This document shows, in pieces, positions 9,987 to 18,590 of a stretch of 49,864 nucleotides of DNA. Source of the DNA: a virus. Taxonomy: Duplodnaviria > Caudoviricetes. The notes under the pieces are model-generated. The model was not told the origin of the DNA. It saw only the letters and a program-made list of their open reading frames with translations, and searched no databases. Position 1 is the stretch's first letter; each line of letters opens with the position of its first letter. The stretch lies in the IMG/VR virus record IMGVR_UViG_3300032247_000485, positions 1 through 49,864 of that record, one strand, 5' to 3'. The position numbers were made by a program, and so were the translations under genes.

Positions 9987-10876
9987 TCTCGAGCCATTAT
10001 ACCTTTATTTTTGTACTGGCTCATGTAATGATGTTTGAAGAACCGACTATCATCGGGATCCATATCTACAATAGACAATCCCAATCGTTTACGCAAAGTA
10101 TCGCCTATCTCTCGACAATGATCAGTTTCTCGATCTTGGTACTCTTGCCAGAGATCTGCAAGTTTTGTGAAGTCTTGGACTTCAGTATAGTCCCAGTCGG
10201 TGAGCATGGTAAGATAGGTGCCGAGACGAGCACCGTATACTGCCCAGTACCCATTCTCTGTATCTGCTCCAACCGTTTGCCATATGCAGAGATTGTCGAA
10301 ATTGCGTGATACCACTCGAGATTTAAAATCACCAATGTTGGGCTTCGCTCCGCGATCCAGACACATTTTAACGCCCTCACGAAATCCTGCACGCCAGGCT
10401 TGATAGGGGCTTCCTCCAGGAAATGTTGTTGAGTAGCAATCGGCCATTGCCCAGTAGCGGGGGTGGAAACAAAACTCAACACAAGTTTCTGCATCGCCTC
10501 GACTTGCCTCATGAGTCTCCATATTGAGAACAAAATCTTTGGTCCACGAACTAAGTCCTCCATTTCCATACATCAATCCATTTATATTGTTACGTGCTCG
10601 CCACCTAAAAACACAGTCGCGATTATTGTCATCCAAAACCATCTGCTGGTTAAAGAATAACGGATCCGGGAGGTTATCCCCATCGATAAGGATAAATCTC
10701 TCTGTATCTGAAGCATTAGCGGCCGCCTTATGCGCTGCGTCAGATCCCAATACGCCATCGACTCGTTTTGCCCAAGGTACCGTATTCTGAACCTGGACCC
10801 AAAACTCTTCTTTTTTTGGTTCGTCATAGGTTAAAAATATACAATCTAAATCTGCTACATCAACTATTTCTGTCAT
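9983..10876 (-). CDS. GT-A-fold glycosyltransferase-like protein
   Basis: IFLTYDEP N-terminus, AHKAAA helix, and FILIDGD (DxD motif). Confidence 0.65.
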   Translation of the reverse strand: MTEIVDVADLDCIFLTYDEPKKEEFWVQVQNTVPWAKRVDGVLGSDAAHKAAANASDTERFILIDGDNLPDPLFFNQQMVLDDNNRDCVFRWRARNNINGLMYGNGGLSSWTKDFVLNMETHEASRGDAETCVEFCFHPRYWAMADCYSTTFPGGSPYQAWRAGFREGVKMCLDRGAKPNIGDFKSRVVSRNFDNLCIWQTVGADTENGYWAVYGARLGTYLTMLTDWDYTEVQDFTKLADLWQEYQDRETDHCREIGDTLRKRLGLSIVDMDPDDSRFFKHHYMSQYKNKGIMARE

Positions 10877-11198
10877 AGTACTCTATTTCCGGATATGGTT
10901 CTTCCGCAACTAAACTGGCGTGGCCTTTTACAATGGCTACACCAGTATTGCTTTTCTTTAATTGTACACAAACTCTATTTGGTATGTCAAATATTAACTT
11001 GCCATTGATCACTACACAATTATAATTGGAACGATCGTACTGCTGTTTTGTTATTACTACATAGGTACCACCTTCGGGATGATTGTGACTACTCATTACC
11101 AATGGATTACCATCAGTATCATAGTACAAACGATATTCTATTTGTATTTCTGGAATCGGTTGTATGTTTTTAAATGCTTCTGCTAATTCTTTGCTCAT
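10860..11198 (-). CDS. Hypothetical protein
   Basis: ORF overlapping both neighbours in the operon. ATG at 11198 is preferred over TTG at 11207. Confidence 0.75.
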   Translation of the reverse strand: MSKELAEAFKNIQPIPEIQIEYRLYYDTDGNPLVMSSHNHPEGGTYVVITKQQYDRSNYNCVVINGKLIFDIPNRVCVQLKKSNTGVAIVKGHASLVAEEPYPEIEYYDRNS

Positions 11199-12015
11199 AA
11201 TATTCAATTAATTCGTCTGTTGCGTAATCTTTTATGTGATAATGTACAGGATGCAACTGATTAATGTTGTTAATACGTATCATATCCGCGTTACGTTCTG
11301 TTATACAATATTCAGTCCATGGTTGATCATCGCTCCATCCTTGCATACCGGATTTCATATGCACAAAATTAATAAAATCTAAGCCGGGATTATAACAAGG
11401 GGTATCCATAATCTTTGCAGCCAATGCATATACTACATCAGTTGTGGGATACTCGTCTGTACAATTTTTAAGCTCTGCACGTACTGCCGGCCAATTTTCA
11501 AATATCTGCCGGGCCAACTCAAAGAACTGCTTACCGGTCTCACTATAACGAAAATACATTAACCCATTATAAGTATCCGGTAGTTTGTTATCGTCGAACA
11601 ACTGACGATACTTTCGACTAGTGCCAGGTGTCTGCTGATACGTCTTGCACCCATGACTTAGACAAACATCATGTAATCTAAATGCATCCCACCAGTGGTC
11701 TATACTGCGTGTGAACAACAAATCGCTTTCTAGTTTAACTGTTTCTTTGTACGGAGTTAACCACCATACATGCCATTCGTTGGCATAAGGCCCGTTGCCT
11801 TCTACTCGATTAGTGGGAATAACATGATCAAATACTTGTCGATGTTTATCAGTAACTTGTTCAAGGGTTGCTTGATCTACAATGACTGCACATTGTTTAA
11901 CTGATTGTGTTGCTTTAATATTTAGCGCCTGTAGATACGCAAGACGTAGGTAATCAGTTGTATCAGTATTAATTGCTAAGGTTACAAATCCTTGTTGGGC
12001 GAAATGTCTAGACAT
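11170..12015 (-). CDS. GT8-like glycosyltransferase (DxD altered to ESD)
   Basis: TPYKETVKLESDLL, YNGLMYF and HYH. Paralogue of the adjacent upstream gene. Confidence 0.65.
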   Translation of the reverse strand: MSRHFAQQGFVTLAINTDTTDYLRLAYLQALNIKATQSVKQCAVIVDQATLEQVTDKHRQVFDHVIPTNRVEGNGPYANEWHVWWLTPYKETVKLESDLLFTRSIDHWWDAFRLHDVCLSHGCKTYQQTPGTSRKYRQLFDDNKLPDTYNGLMYFRYSETGKQFFELARQIFENWPAVRAELKNCTDEYPTTDVVYALAAKIMDTPCYNPGLDFINFVHMKSGMQGWSDDQPWTEYCITERNADMIRINNINQLHPVHYHIKDYATDELIEYYEQRISRSI

Positions 12016-12779
12016 TGATCAACTAATTCTTTTAAGGCGGGCCCAGATAGCCAGGATTTTGAGATAATATGTAAGTTTTGACGAGTAAGTACGAACCCAG
12101 TATCGGGTGTTCGCACAACCATATTGTTAGAGGCCTGTATACTCTCAATTGCTCCAGTGAAGGTGAGAATATGAAATGGAGCAAAACTCTTTGAGGCCAG
12201 ATCATATCCGTTGAGTATATAGTGGGCGATTGCGAAAGCGTAATCGTTGCGAAAATTGCCTTCCTGCACATTGTATAAAAGTCTGTAGTAGTCATAGTTA
12301 CGTTTAATTTTTGCCACTAGTTCAAAGAACAGTCGAGCCGGTTCTGTTTTGCGAAATAAAAATGCTGTGGCCCAGACATAAGGTAAACTATGTGGACCCA
12401 TTACGCTGGGTTGTTGAGGAATGTTCACATACCGATTTTTGTTGAACAACAAATAATCAAACGAGCACTCAAATAACTGAAGTAGACTATTGTCAAATAC
12501 AAGATAATCGGCGTCAATAACAATCGTTTCATCATACGGACTTGCTGCATATGCTTCATGTCTTCCAAAATTTTTCCATTCTACAAATGTGCCAGTGTCG
12601 GTACTAAATCTTTTATTACTGCCAGTATCCTTTGCACTTACAATGGTAGTAGGTAACCCTAAAAAATGTCGTACAAGTCTGGTATTTTGTTCTGCAATAC
12701 CGATATAATCTGTTTCTTGGGTATTAGTTGCAAAGATTACAACACCTCTAGACTTTGCGGATTTTTCTAAGTTCTGCAT
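11982..12779 (-). CDS. GT8-like glycosyltransferase
   Basis: SPYDETIVIDADYL (DxD motif), WATAFLFRK and RNDYAF. Start is uncertain (12779 or 12797). Confidence 0.7.
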   Translation of the reverse strand: MQNLEKSAKSRGVVIFATNTQETDYIGIAEQNTRLVRHFLGLPTTIVSAKDTGSNKRFSTDTGTFVEWKNFGRHEAYAASPYDETIVIDADYLVFDNSLLQLFECSFDYLLFNKNRYVNIPQQPSVMGPHSLPYVWATAFLFRKTEPARLFFELVAKIKRNYDYYRLLYNVQEGNFRNDYAFAIAHYILNGYDLASKSFAPFHILTFTGAIESIQASNNMVVRTPDTGFVLTRQNLHIISKSWLSGPALKELVDQCLDISPNKDL

Positions 12780-13062
12780 ATTGTTGATGCCATTCATTCA
12801 TCACACGATGATAATGTTGCTGTGCTGTTACTAAAAATACTTGTCGATCTATCTCAATGGGATTTTGATAAACATCTTCGACGTATAGGGTATCTAACGG
12901 CCAATCTTTAACAAACGCAATCAGTTCCGGTGTTATTTTAAACATGCCACCATTGTGGGCAATGTGCAATTCTGTTTGAATTTTTTCTCGTAGAATCTGT
13001 TTATTGATATTAAAGTCTGTGGCCAGACGAACTTGTTCCACAATTTTGGATATGTTACTCAT
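12748..13062 (-). CDS. Hypothetical protein, first gene of the enzyme operon
   Basis: 104-aa ORF directly downstream of a sigma70-like promoter. Confidence 0.8.
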   Translation of the reverse strand: MSNISKIVEQVRLATDFNINKQILREKIQTELHIAHNGGMFKITPELIAFVKDWPLDTLYVEDVYQNPIEIDRQVFLVTAQQHYHRVMNEWHQQYAELRKIRKV

Positions 13063-13070
13063 TTGTATAG

Positions 13071-13099
13071 AGTTTAGCTGAAGTCGAAACAGAAGTCAA
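13071..13099 (-). promoter_or_regulatory. Sigma70-type promoter for the radical SAM/GT operon
   Basis: Minus strand TTGACT (13099-13094), 17-nt spacer, TAAACT (13076-13071). The ATG lies 8 nt further on. Confidence 0.7.
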
Positions 13100-13127
13100 A
13101 TAAAAAGCACCCGAAAGTGCTTTTTAT
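13100..13127 (-). terminator. Rho-independent terminator ending the structural operon (potentially bidirectional)
   Basis: Perfect 11-bp inverted repeat ATAAAAAGCAC/GTGCTTTTTAT. The minus-strand RNA reads GCAC-U-UUCG-G-GUGC-UUUUU, a UUCG tetraloop as in T4 terminators. Confidence 0.88.
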
Positions 13128-13139
13128 GAGTTTTTAGAA

Positions 13140-14132
13140 TTACGCAATAACCGGATTACTAATACTAGTTGTTAAGTTAGTTGTTTCTGGTGGACGAATT
13201 GTGATGTTTGTTGTGATTGCCACGTTTAACGAATCGTTGAATGCACCTTGCGAGGGCGCAACACCGCCAGGCAGTGCTGGGTTACTTGGTGCTGTGTTAG
13301 TATCAGCAGCCACATCGCTTAAGTCAATCTGGAATGTCATAATTGTACCAACGTCGCCGTTTGCACCTTGTACACCGTTTGTTTTAATACCAACTGCAAC
13401 GCTGTTGCTACCATAGTCAGCTGTACCACTTGCACTAGTCAATGTAATCATGCTGTTGTTACTTGTACCAGCATTCCAATATCCAATAGCGGCATTGGTT
13501 GCACTAGCAGTACCACCAGTACCGTTACGAACGTTAGTATAACCACCAATGGTGATACTGGCTAATTTAGTATTAAGCAAAGACAACCAGTCAGCGCCCT
13601 TTGTGTTACCCAATGTGTTAACCAATGAGAATGTTAATACCAGTTTGCCGCCAGCATTAAAGAAATAACGAGCTTGATCTGCGTTGGCCCAAGTTGCAGT
13701 ACGAATAATCTGTGCTGTAGTAGGAGTAGCTGTATTCCAAGTATATGCTGAAGGTGCAGTGCCGGTCACGTCGGTTGCATTTGTTGCGGCTGTTGCTCTA
13801 TTTGTATATGCTGTACTGATACTAGTGCTCAATGAGCTCAGGTATGCAATGGTTGCACCTGCTGTTGGAGCAGAAATTCCTGATCCTGATCCTGCTTGGT
13901 GAGTAAGGATGCTATTTAATCTAGAGATCATAGTAGACCACTGGGTAGCGGTTACTGTATCGGTTGTTGCCGAAACAGTGGACAACGTGGTACTTTGTCC
14001 ATAACCTTTATCACCACTACCAGTGCCCCAAATTGTATTAATGTTTGCTGTTCCGTGTGTGACAGAAGCGCCGCCTTGTGCGAAGGTGTTGTAATCCAAC
14101 GCAATAATATTATTTCCTGAACCGTATGCCAT
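13140..14132 (-). CDS. Putative virion structural protein (Thr/Gly/Ala/Asn-rich)
   Basis: 330 aa with its own late box and SD (AGGA), and last gene before the terminator. Composition is typical of tail or fibre proteins. Confidence 0.7.
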   Translation of the reverse strand: MAYGSGNNIIALDYNTFAQGGASVTHGTANINTIWGTGSGDKGYGQSTTLSTVSATTDTVTATQWSTMISRLNSILTHQAGSGSGISAPTAGATIAYLSSLSTSISTAYTNRATAATNATDVTGTAPSAYTWNTATPTTAQIIRTATWANADQARYFFNAGGKLVLTFSLVNTLGNTKGADWLSLLNTKLASITIGGYTNVRNGTGGTASATNAAIGYWNAGTSNNSMITLTSASGTADYGSNSVAVGIKTNGVQGANGDVGTIMTFQIDLSDVAADTNTAPSNPALPGGVAPSQGAFNDSLNVAITTNITIRPPETTNLTTSISNPVIA

Positions 14133-14148
14133 TTTTTAATTCCTAATA

Positions 14149-15690
14149 TTAGCTATTTATTCTCACGATAGCCTGTATTACACCCTGATCTTCAGTTTCC
14201 TTGTCAACCAAGGAACGTCCGATTACATTGAACGGGGTTAGCTCTTTTCGAGTTGCTGCCCTTGCTAGACCATTTCCAGCACTGACCAATCTATTTCCCT
14301 TGCGTACCTGACCAATCACTTTAACTGGAACACGTCCTTGCACCGCAACTGGTGGGTGAGTTTCGTTTGATCCAGCCTGAGAATTCATTAGGTAAGCTGC
14401 ATTAGTACTTATGACTCCAAACACAGATTCGCTAAGTTCGTCCCTAACTGCGGTAATTTCGTTGGCCCCGCCCATCTCAACCACTGTTCCTGGATCATAA
14501 ACAGCATCAGATTCAAAGCGTTCTGCCAAGTCAGCGTATGCGGCTTGATAAGATCTGCCATAAATGTTATTAAACCATGCTATCGTGGATCCCAAATCGT
14601 AGCTCACGTTGGCTGCAGGTTTGATATTACCGGTAATCGTATTAGATCCATCGCGCTTCAGAACTGCTGAAGAAATCGCTACATTTGATGAATCAACATA
14701 CTGTTTTGTAGCAACACCAAGACCTGTTGTTGGATCTTGATAAACTTGTACAGCTCCCAGGGCTGCGTTGGCTTTTAATACAGAGGTTGTAATACCACCG
14801 CTTTTGACATAGAACACAGTATCATAGTTATTATCGTTATTGAACAGACCCACAGATGTAGTTGCAGAACTTACGTTAACTACAAAATCACTTGTGGGAC
14901 CAATACTCAATCCGGATACGTTGCTAGTTGTAAGTGGTACCGTTGATGTTGTTACTACGTCTGTACGTGCAAAACTAGCTGCGTTAACTATGGTACCGTT
15001 AATCGATAAGTTCAACGCCACATTTGCATTACCAAAATATTGTAGCTGATTTGTTAATCCAGTGTTTAAGTTAAATCCTGGCTTGATTGAGCTGAAACCT
15101 GTAATCGGTGTGCCGGGTATAAATTCAGCATCCTTGCTCAGAATAGCAACCAGGTCACTACTGATGTAAAATTTAACCACAACGTGTGGCACTGATAAGG
15201 AGTCGACTACAGTGTCAGGTTGTGCACCTGATTGTCCTGTGCTTGTATTACTTGCTGGCCCAACTGTGATCCAACCGGTATCACCTTGTGAAAGTAATCC
15301 ACTATAAACTTTAAGTTGACTATTTGCAGTATCCCACCAAAATTCCCCAACCACTGGAGTAATGGTAATTGCAGACTTTGATGCAGCACTAGTAATACCC
15401 GCGAGTGTTTTCCATGTTGCTGTTGCGCCAAGTGTGGTTGCAACATTGATCTTTAATACTTTACTTCCTGAATCAAACCAAATTTGTCCGGGCAACGCCG
15501 ATAAAGGTGCTGTTGTATTTGTAAAATTTTCTAATAATTTTACAAAATTTTCCATCATAAAAACACCATATCCGGGGTAATTTTTACCAACCAATGATAG
15601 ACTAGTTGAGGTAGTGTCAATTGTGCCGTCGACCAGCCCCGTTGTGCCCAATAGGCTAGTCCCGTTTGTTAATGAAATTGTATAAGCCAT
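14149..15690 (-). CDS. Tail fibre/appendage protein with C-terminal peptidase G2-like autocleaving chaperone domain
   Basis: N-terminus (GKNY..YG...ENFVKLLENF...GQIWFD) is shared with 18591-20057. Has ATKQYVD, and the C-terminus YADLAERF...GTVV...GVIST...GRVPVKV. Confidence 0.72.
   Translation of the reverse strand: MAYTISLTNGTSLLGTTGLVDGTIDTTSTSLSLVGKNYPGYGVFMMENFVKLLENFTNTTAPLSALPGQIWFDSGSKVLKINVATTLGATATWKTLAGITSAASKSAITITPVVGEFWWDTANSQLKVYSGLLSQGDTGWITVGPASNTSTGQSGAQPDTVVDSLSVPHVVVKFYISSDLVAILSKDAEFIPGTPITGFSSIKPGFNLNTGLTNQLQYFGNANVALNLSINGTIVNAASFARTDVVTTSTVPLTTSNVSGLSIGPTSDFVVNVSSATTSVGLFNNDNNYDTVFYVKSGGITTSVLKANAALGAVQVYQDPTTGLGVATKQYVDSSNVAISSAVLKRDGSNTITGNIKPAANVSYDLGSTIAWFNNIYGRSYQAAYADLAERFESDAVYDPGTVVEMGGANEITAVRDELSESVFGVISTNAAYLMNSQAGSNETHPPVAVQGRVPVKVIGQVRKGNRLVSAGNGLARAATRKELTPFNVIGRSLVDKETEDQGVIQAIVRINS
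14154..14160 (-). promoter_or_regulatory. Late promoter box ATAAATA
   Basis: 21 nt upstream of ATG 14132. Matches the core of the T4 late consensus TATAAATA. Confidence 0.65.
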
Positions 15691-15710
15691 TCTTTTACCC
15701 GATTATTAGT

Positions 15711-15717
15711 TATTTAT
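15711..15717 (-). promoter_or_regulatory. Late promoter box ATAAATA
   Basis: 20 nt upstream of ATG 15690 and overlapping the stop codon of the upstream gene. Confidence 0.65.
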
Positions 15718-15932
15718 CGGTTATTTTTCCACTCTTTATAACTTTGAATAATGGGACCATGATAACTTGGTGGAACCCCTTCGTCCCCTTTTAAGATATA
15801 GAGAATTAGCGGAAGATCAGGCAAAACTCTATTGTAAAATTCTGCATTGGCTGTTGCTTCCTCAAATACTTTATTCTTTTGCTCATCACTCAGCGTATTA
15901 AACTTTGTTGTCAGTTCTTCTAATGTAAACAT
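15714..15932 (-). CDS. Small hypothetical protein
   Basis: 72-aa ORF starting 1 nt after the upstream stop, with an AAGGA SD. Confidence 0.7.
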   Translation of the reverse strand: MFTLEELTTKFNTLSDEQKNKVFEEATANAEFYNRVLPDLPLILYILKGDEGVPPSYHGPIIQSYKEWKNNR

Positions 15933-15933
15933 A

Positions 15934-16401
15934 TTAATCCTTTTCTATGTATGTTGCCCGATCTAGCAACTTGATTCTTTGAAATAGGTGTTCGGGCGTT
16001 ATTTTTTTAAAAGTGTTATCAAAAAGATTTATACCTATGTGCGACAACCCTTTTGCACAGAATTCGCTGCACATCCAGTATGAGCCATCGCCCCACCATG
16101 ACTTTTTGCGTTTAATGAAAATATTCCACGGAGCCAACGAAGTCCAGTCATAGGTTGTACCGATTTGTTCTTCTGCCCACGTCCTAAGTTCTACTTCTTG
16201 TTGTTTGGTAATGTCTAATTCAAACTCATAAATGTATGGATAACGTTTACGTCTAGTCAATATAACATGTCCAGTTTCAACACTGGGGTAAATCATAGTA
16301 CCATCACTAAAAATAAACTCTACATGAGAAACCTTGGACAATGTCCAAAATTTAATTACCCAAGAAAGTGGCAAATAGTTTGCACTAAATCGAATTATCA
16401 T
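15934..16401 (-). CDS. Permuted papain-like NlpC/P60 enzyme (YiiX/YebB-like)
   Basis: His before Cys order: VSHVEF ... IGTTYDW ... WMCSEF ... ITP. Confidence 0.8.
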   Translation of the reverse strand: MIIRFSANYLPLSWVIKFWTLSKVSHVEFIFSDGTMIYPSVETGHVILTRRKRYPYIYEFELDITKQQEVELRTWAEEQIGTTYDWTSLAPWNIFIKRKKSWWGDGSYWMCSEFCAKGLSHIGINLFDNTFKKITPEHLFQRIKLLDRATYIEKD

Positions 16402-18581
16402 TATTTACGCTTCCTAAACAAATTAAATATTGCGTTTCGCAACGGACTACGCACCCATGCCCGTATCGGACGTTCAAACACACCGCGATGTTTAACTGCC
16501 CAAACAACTGCTTTTGCAACAGTTCTGCTGGTTACTGTATCATGCTCAGATATGTATTTGGCAACACGATATGTTCCATTAGCAAACCAGCGTTGAACGT
16601 GTGCTGGCATTGCCTGGTTATCTGGGTTGTACACATAGTTATCATAAGTCTCTTGGTCTAGTAGACCTTTGTACACCAACACGTATATACCACCATTTCT
16701 GACAATGTTATTCACCGGAACATCATTTGCATAATGACTTTCACCAGTCTCTAACATTAGGTTGTAGACAGTGACCGCTTCTTTGATTTTCTTCTTGTTG
16801 GGAACATCAACTATGTTAATTGGGCCCAACCATGGAGCCAGTGCAGATGCCAATTCACTAATGGCACACAGTTCGTTTTTATCATTGTACCACGGATGTT
16901 CTTCTGTAATATAAGGTTTGACTTTCTTACTCAATGAAAACACATACTTGTCTGTATCATGCTTACGAGTTTTAATGCCAATGACTTTTGCCGGCATATT
17001 TGTCTGTGCTTCTAGCACATACTCACCTGCAACTATTTGTTCAATTACTTTACTTGTACCGTCTGCCATGGTAATCATTGTACCTGCCAAGAAGCAACCT
17101 CCGCCGCCGCCGGCGTCAAATCCTCCTCCAGTATCGCCCCCGCCACCATCGCCCCCGCCACCACCACCACTACTGTAGCTAGGTGCCAATGGAGCAGCCA
17201 AATACCCCGGGTCTCCCCAATTGGTCGAATCATTACTGAAATTAACTTGTATACCGTTATTAACCGAAACCCATTCACCATCAATTTTAATCCAAGATGA
17301 TACTCTGTTTGTGTATGCACCATTTACTTTTATACGAGGGTATATTCTACGATATTCCCCGGCTTGTTTGACAAAGAATCCCGATGTACGATAAAACGCC
17401 AATACTGCATATCCATCACCACCTGCAGGTGTCGGGTTACCACTGGCAGTGGGATCAATTTGTGAACGTGTGGTCCAAATCTGAGATCCATTTTGTAAAA
17501 TCTGTGCACCAATGGCGCCAGGACCTCCGGTGTTAACACCATTTATTCTGACTGTGTGGTATCCTGCTGTAACTGTGTATGTTGTTGACCATACGCTGTT
17601 GTAACTCGGTGCATATAATATATTAACATCATCAACATATAACCAGCCATAGTTATCAACTGCTAAATCAAATTGATATGTTTGTGTTGCAGGAAAATAT
17701 ACTTTATAAGTATAATCTCCGTCACCTTGCCAAACACTATAGTTGTTTAATAACCCGCTCCAGGCACCATTTGATCCACCATTGGAATAATAATTCCAAC
17801 TAGCAGCATCAGGCGATCCGCCATATCCAACATGACCACCAGGATAATATGTGTCAGTAGATCCAGCAGGTACTGTACCAGAACAATATTCTCCAACTAA
17901 TAGTGGTTGTTCTCCCATAAATCCGTTTGTGCCGTTGGCACCGCCAGTGCCGCCGTTATCTCCGCCACCTGCAGCTCCGCCTCCACCGCCTGCATTGCCA
18001 CCTCCGCCACCTCCACCGCCGCCACCATCACCCGGATGATGTTCGCCGCCCCAGCCTTTGCTTTGGTCCGATATTGCAAGTCCATCTTTATAGGTATGAT
18101 TAAATGTTGTGCCGGCTGGGTTTCCGTTACTGCTATTACCACCTCCTCCACCACCACCACCGCCACCGGCAATGGCTCGTAAATCTCCATTGATTTTTAT
18201 TAAGGTTGCTCCGCCACCACCGCCACCACCGCCACTCCATCCGCTTGGCCCAGCGTTGCCTCCGGCACCGCCACTGTAATTAGTTGCACTTTTTCCGTTG
18301 GTGCCACCACCACCATTGGTTCCACTTGTGCCAATGCCACCACCTTGTCCCACGTAGACTTCAATTAATTGTCCCGGAAACACCCACATATTCCCGGATA
18401 CAAATCCACCGCCGGCGCCGGATGCACCTATATGTGAATCTGCTCCGCCCGATGCTCCGCCGGCTCCCCATAGCTTAAATCCCACCTGTGAAGAAAATCC
18501 ATCAGTGGGCATAGTGACATAATATCTGCCTCCTATGTATGGTAAAGTTACGTAGTAAACGGTGTCTAAAGAATTTGCCAT
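16401..18581 (-). CDS. Glycine-rich virion protein with PA14-like insert, Hint domain and basic helical C-terminal domain
   Basis: WGAGG-type Gly-rich repeats, a PA14-like segment (AVDNYGWLYVD...GYHTVRI) and WIKIDGEW, followed by a poly-Gly linker and CFLAGT...TEEHP...VYNL...VNN. Confidence 0.8.
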   Translation of the reverse strand: MANSLDTVYYVTLPYIGGRYYVTMPTDGFSSQVGFKLWGAGGASGGADSHIGASGAGGGFVSGNMWVFPGQLIEVYVGQGGGIGTSGTNGGGGTNGKSATNYSGGAGGNAGPSGWSGGGGGGGGATLIKINGDLRAIAGGGGGGGGGGNSSNGNPAGTTFNHTYKDGLAISDQSKGWGGEHHPGDGGGGGGGGGGNAGGGGGAAGGGDNGGTGGANGTNGFMGEQPLLVGEYCSGTVPAGSTDTYYPGGHVGYGGSPDAASWNYYSNGGSNGAWSGLLNNYSVWQGDGDYTYKVYFPATQTYQFDLAVDNYGWLYVDDVNILYAPSYNSVWSTTYTVTAGYHTVRINGVNTGGPGAIGAQILQNGSQIWTTRSQIDPTASGNPTPAGGDGYAVLAFYRTSGFFVKQAGEYRRIYPRIKVNGAYTNRVSSWIKIDGEWVSVNNGIQVNFSNDSTNWGDPGYLAAPLAPSYSSGGGGGGDGGGGDTGGGFDAGGGGGCFLAGTMITMADGTSKVIEQIVAGEYVLEAQTNMPAKVIGIKTRKHDTDKYVFSLSKKVKPYITEEHPWYNDKNELCAISELASALAPWLGPINIVDVPNKKKIKEAVTVYNLMLETGESHYANDVPVNNIVRNGGIYVLVYKGLLDQETYDNYVYNPDNQAMPAHVQRWFANGTYRVAKYISEHDTVTSRTVAKAVVWAVKHRGVFERPIRAWVRSPLRNAIFNLFRKRK
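16707..17096 (-). other. Hint (intein-like/BIL) domain, 130 aa
   Basis: Block A CFLAGTMITMADG, block B ITEEHPW (TxxH), block F VYNL and block G YANDVPVNN, followed by Ile. Confidence 0.88.
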
Positions 18582-18590
18582 CGTACTACC

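Noticed and set aside
1-13062. RiPP cluster (SPASM maturases plus precursor peptide)
   Set aside because: No short precursor-like ORF, PqqD/RRE domain, protease or exporter is seen in the operon, and the neighbours are sugar enzymes. Not fully excluded because the operon extends beyond the window.
16707-17096. Canonical splicing intein or mobile intein
   Set aside because: No endonuclease domain, the +1 residue is Ile rather than Cys/Ser/Thr, and it sits after a Gly linker rather than in a conserved enzyme motif.
17097-18470. GC-rich (CCA/CCG)n tracts as a foreign island or microsatellite
   Set aside because: Fully explained by poly-glycine codons on the minus strand.
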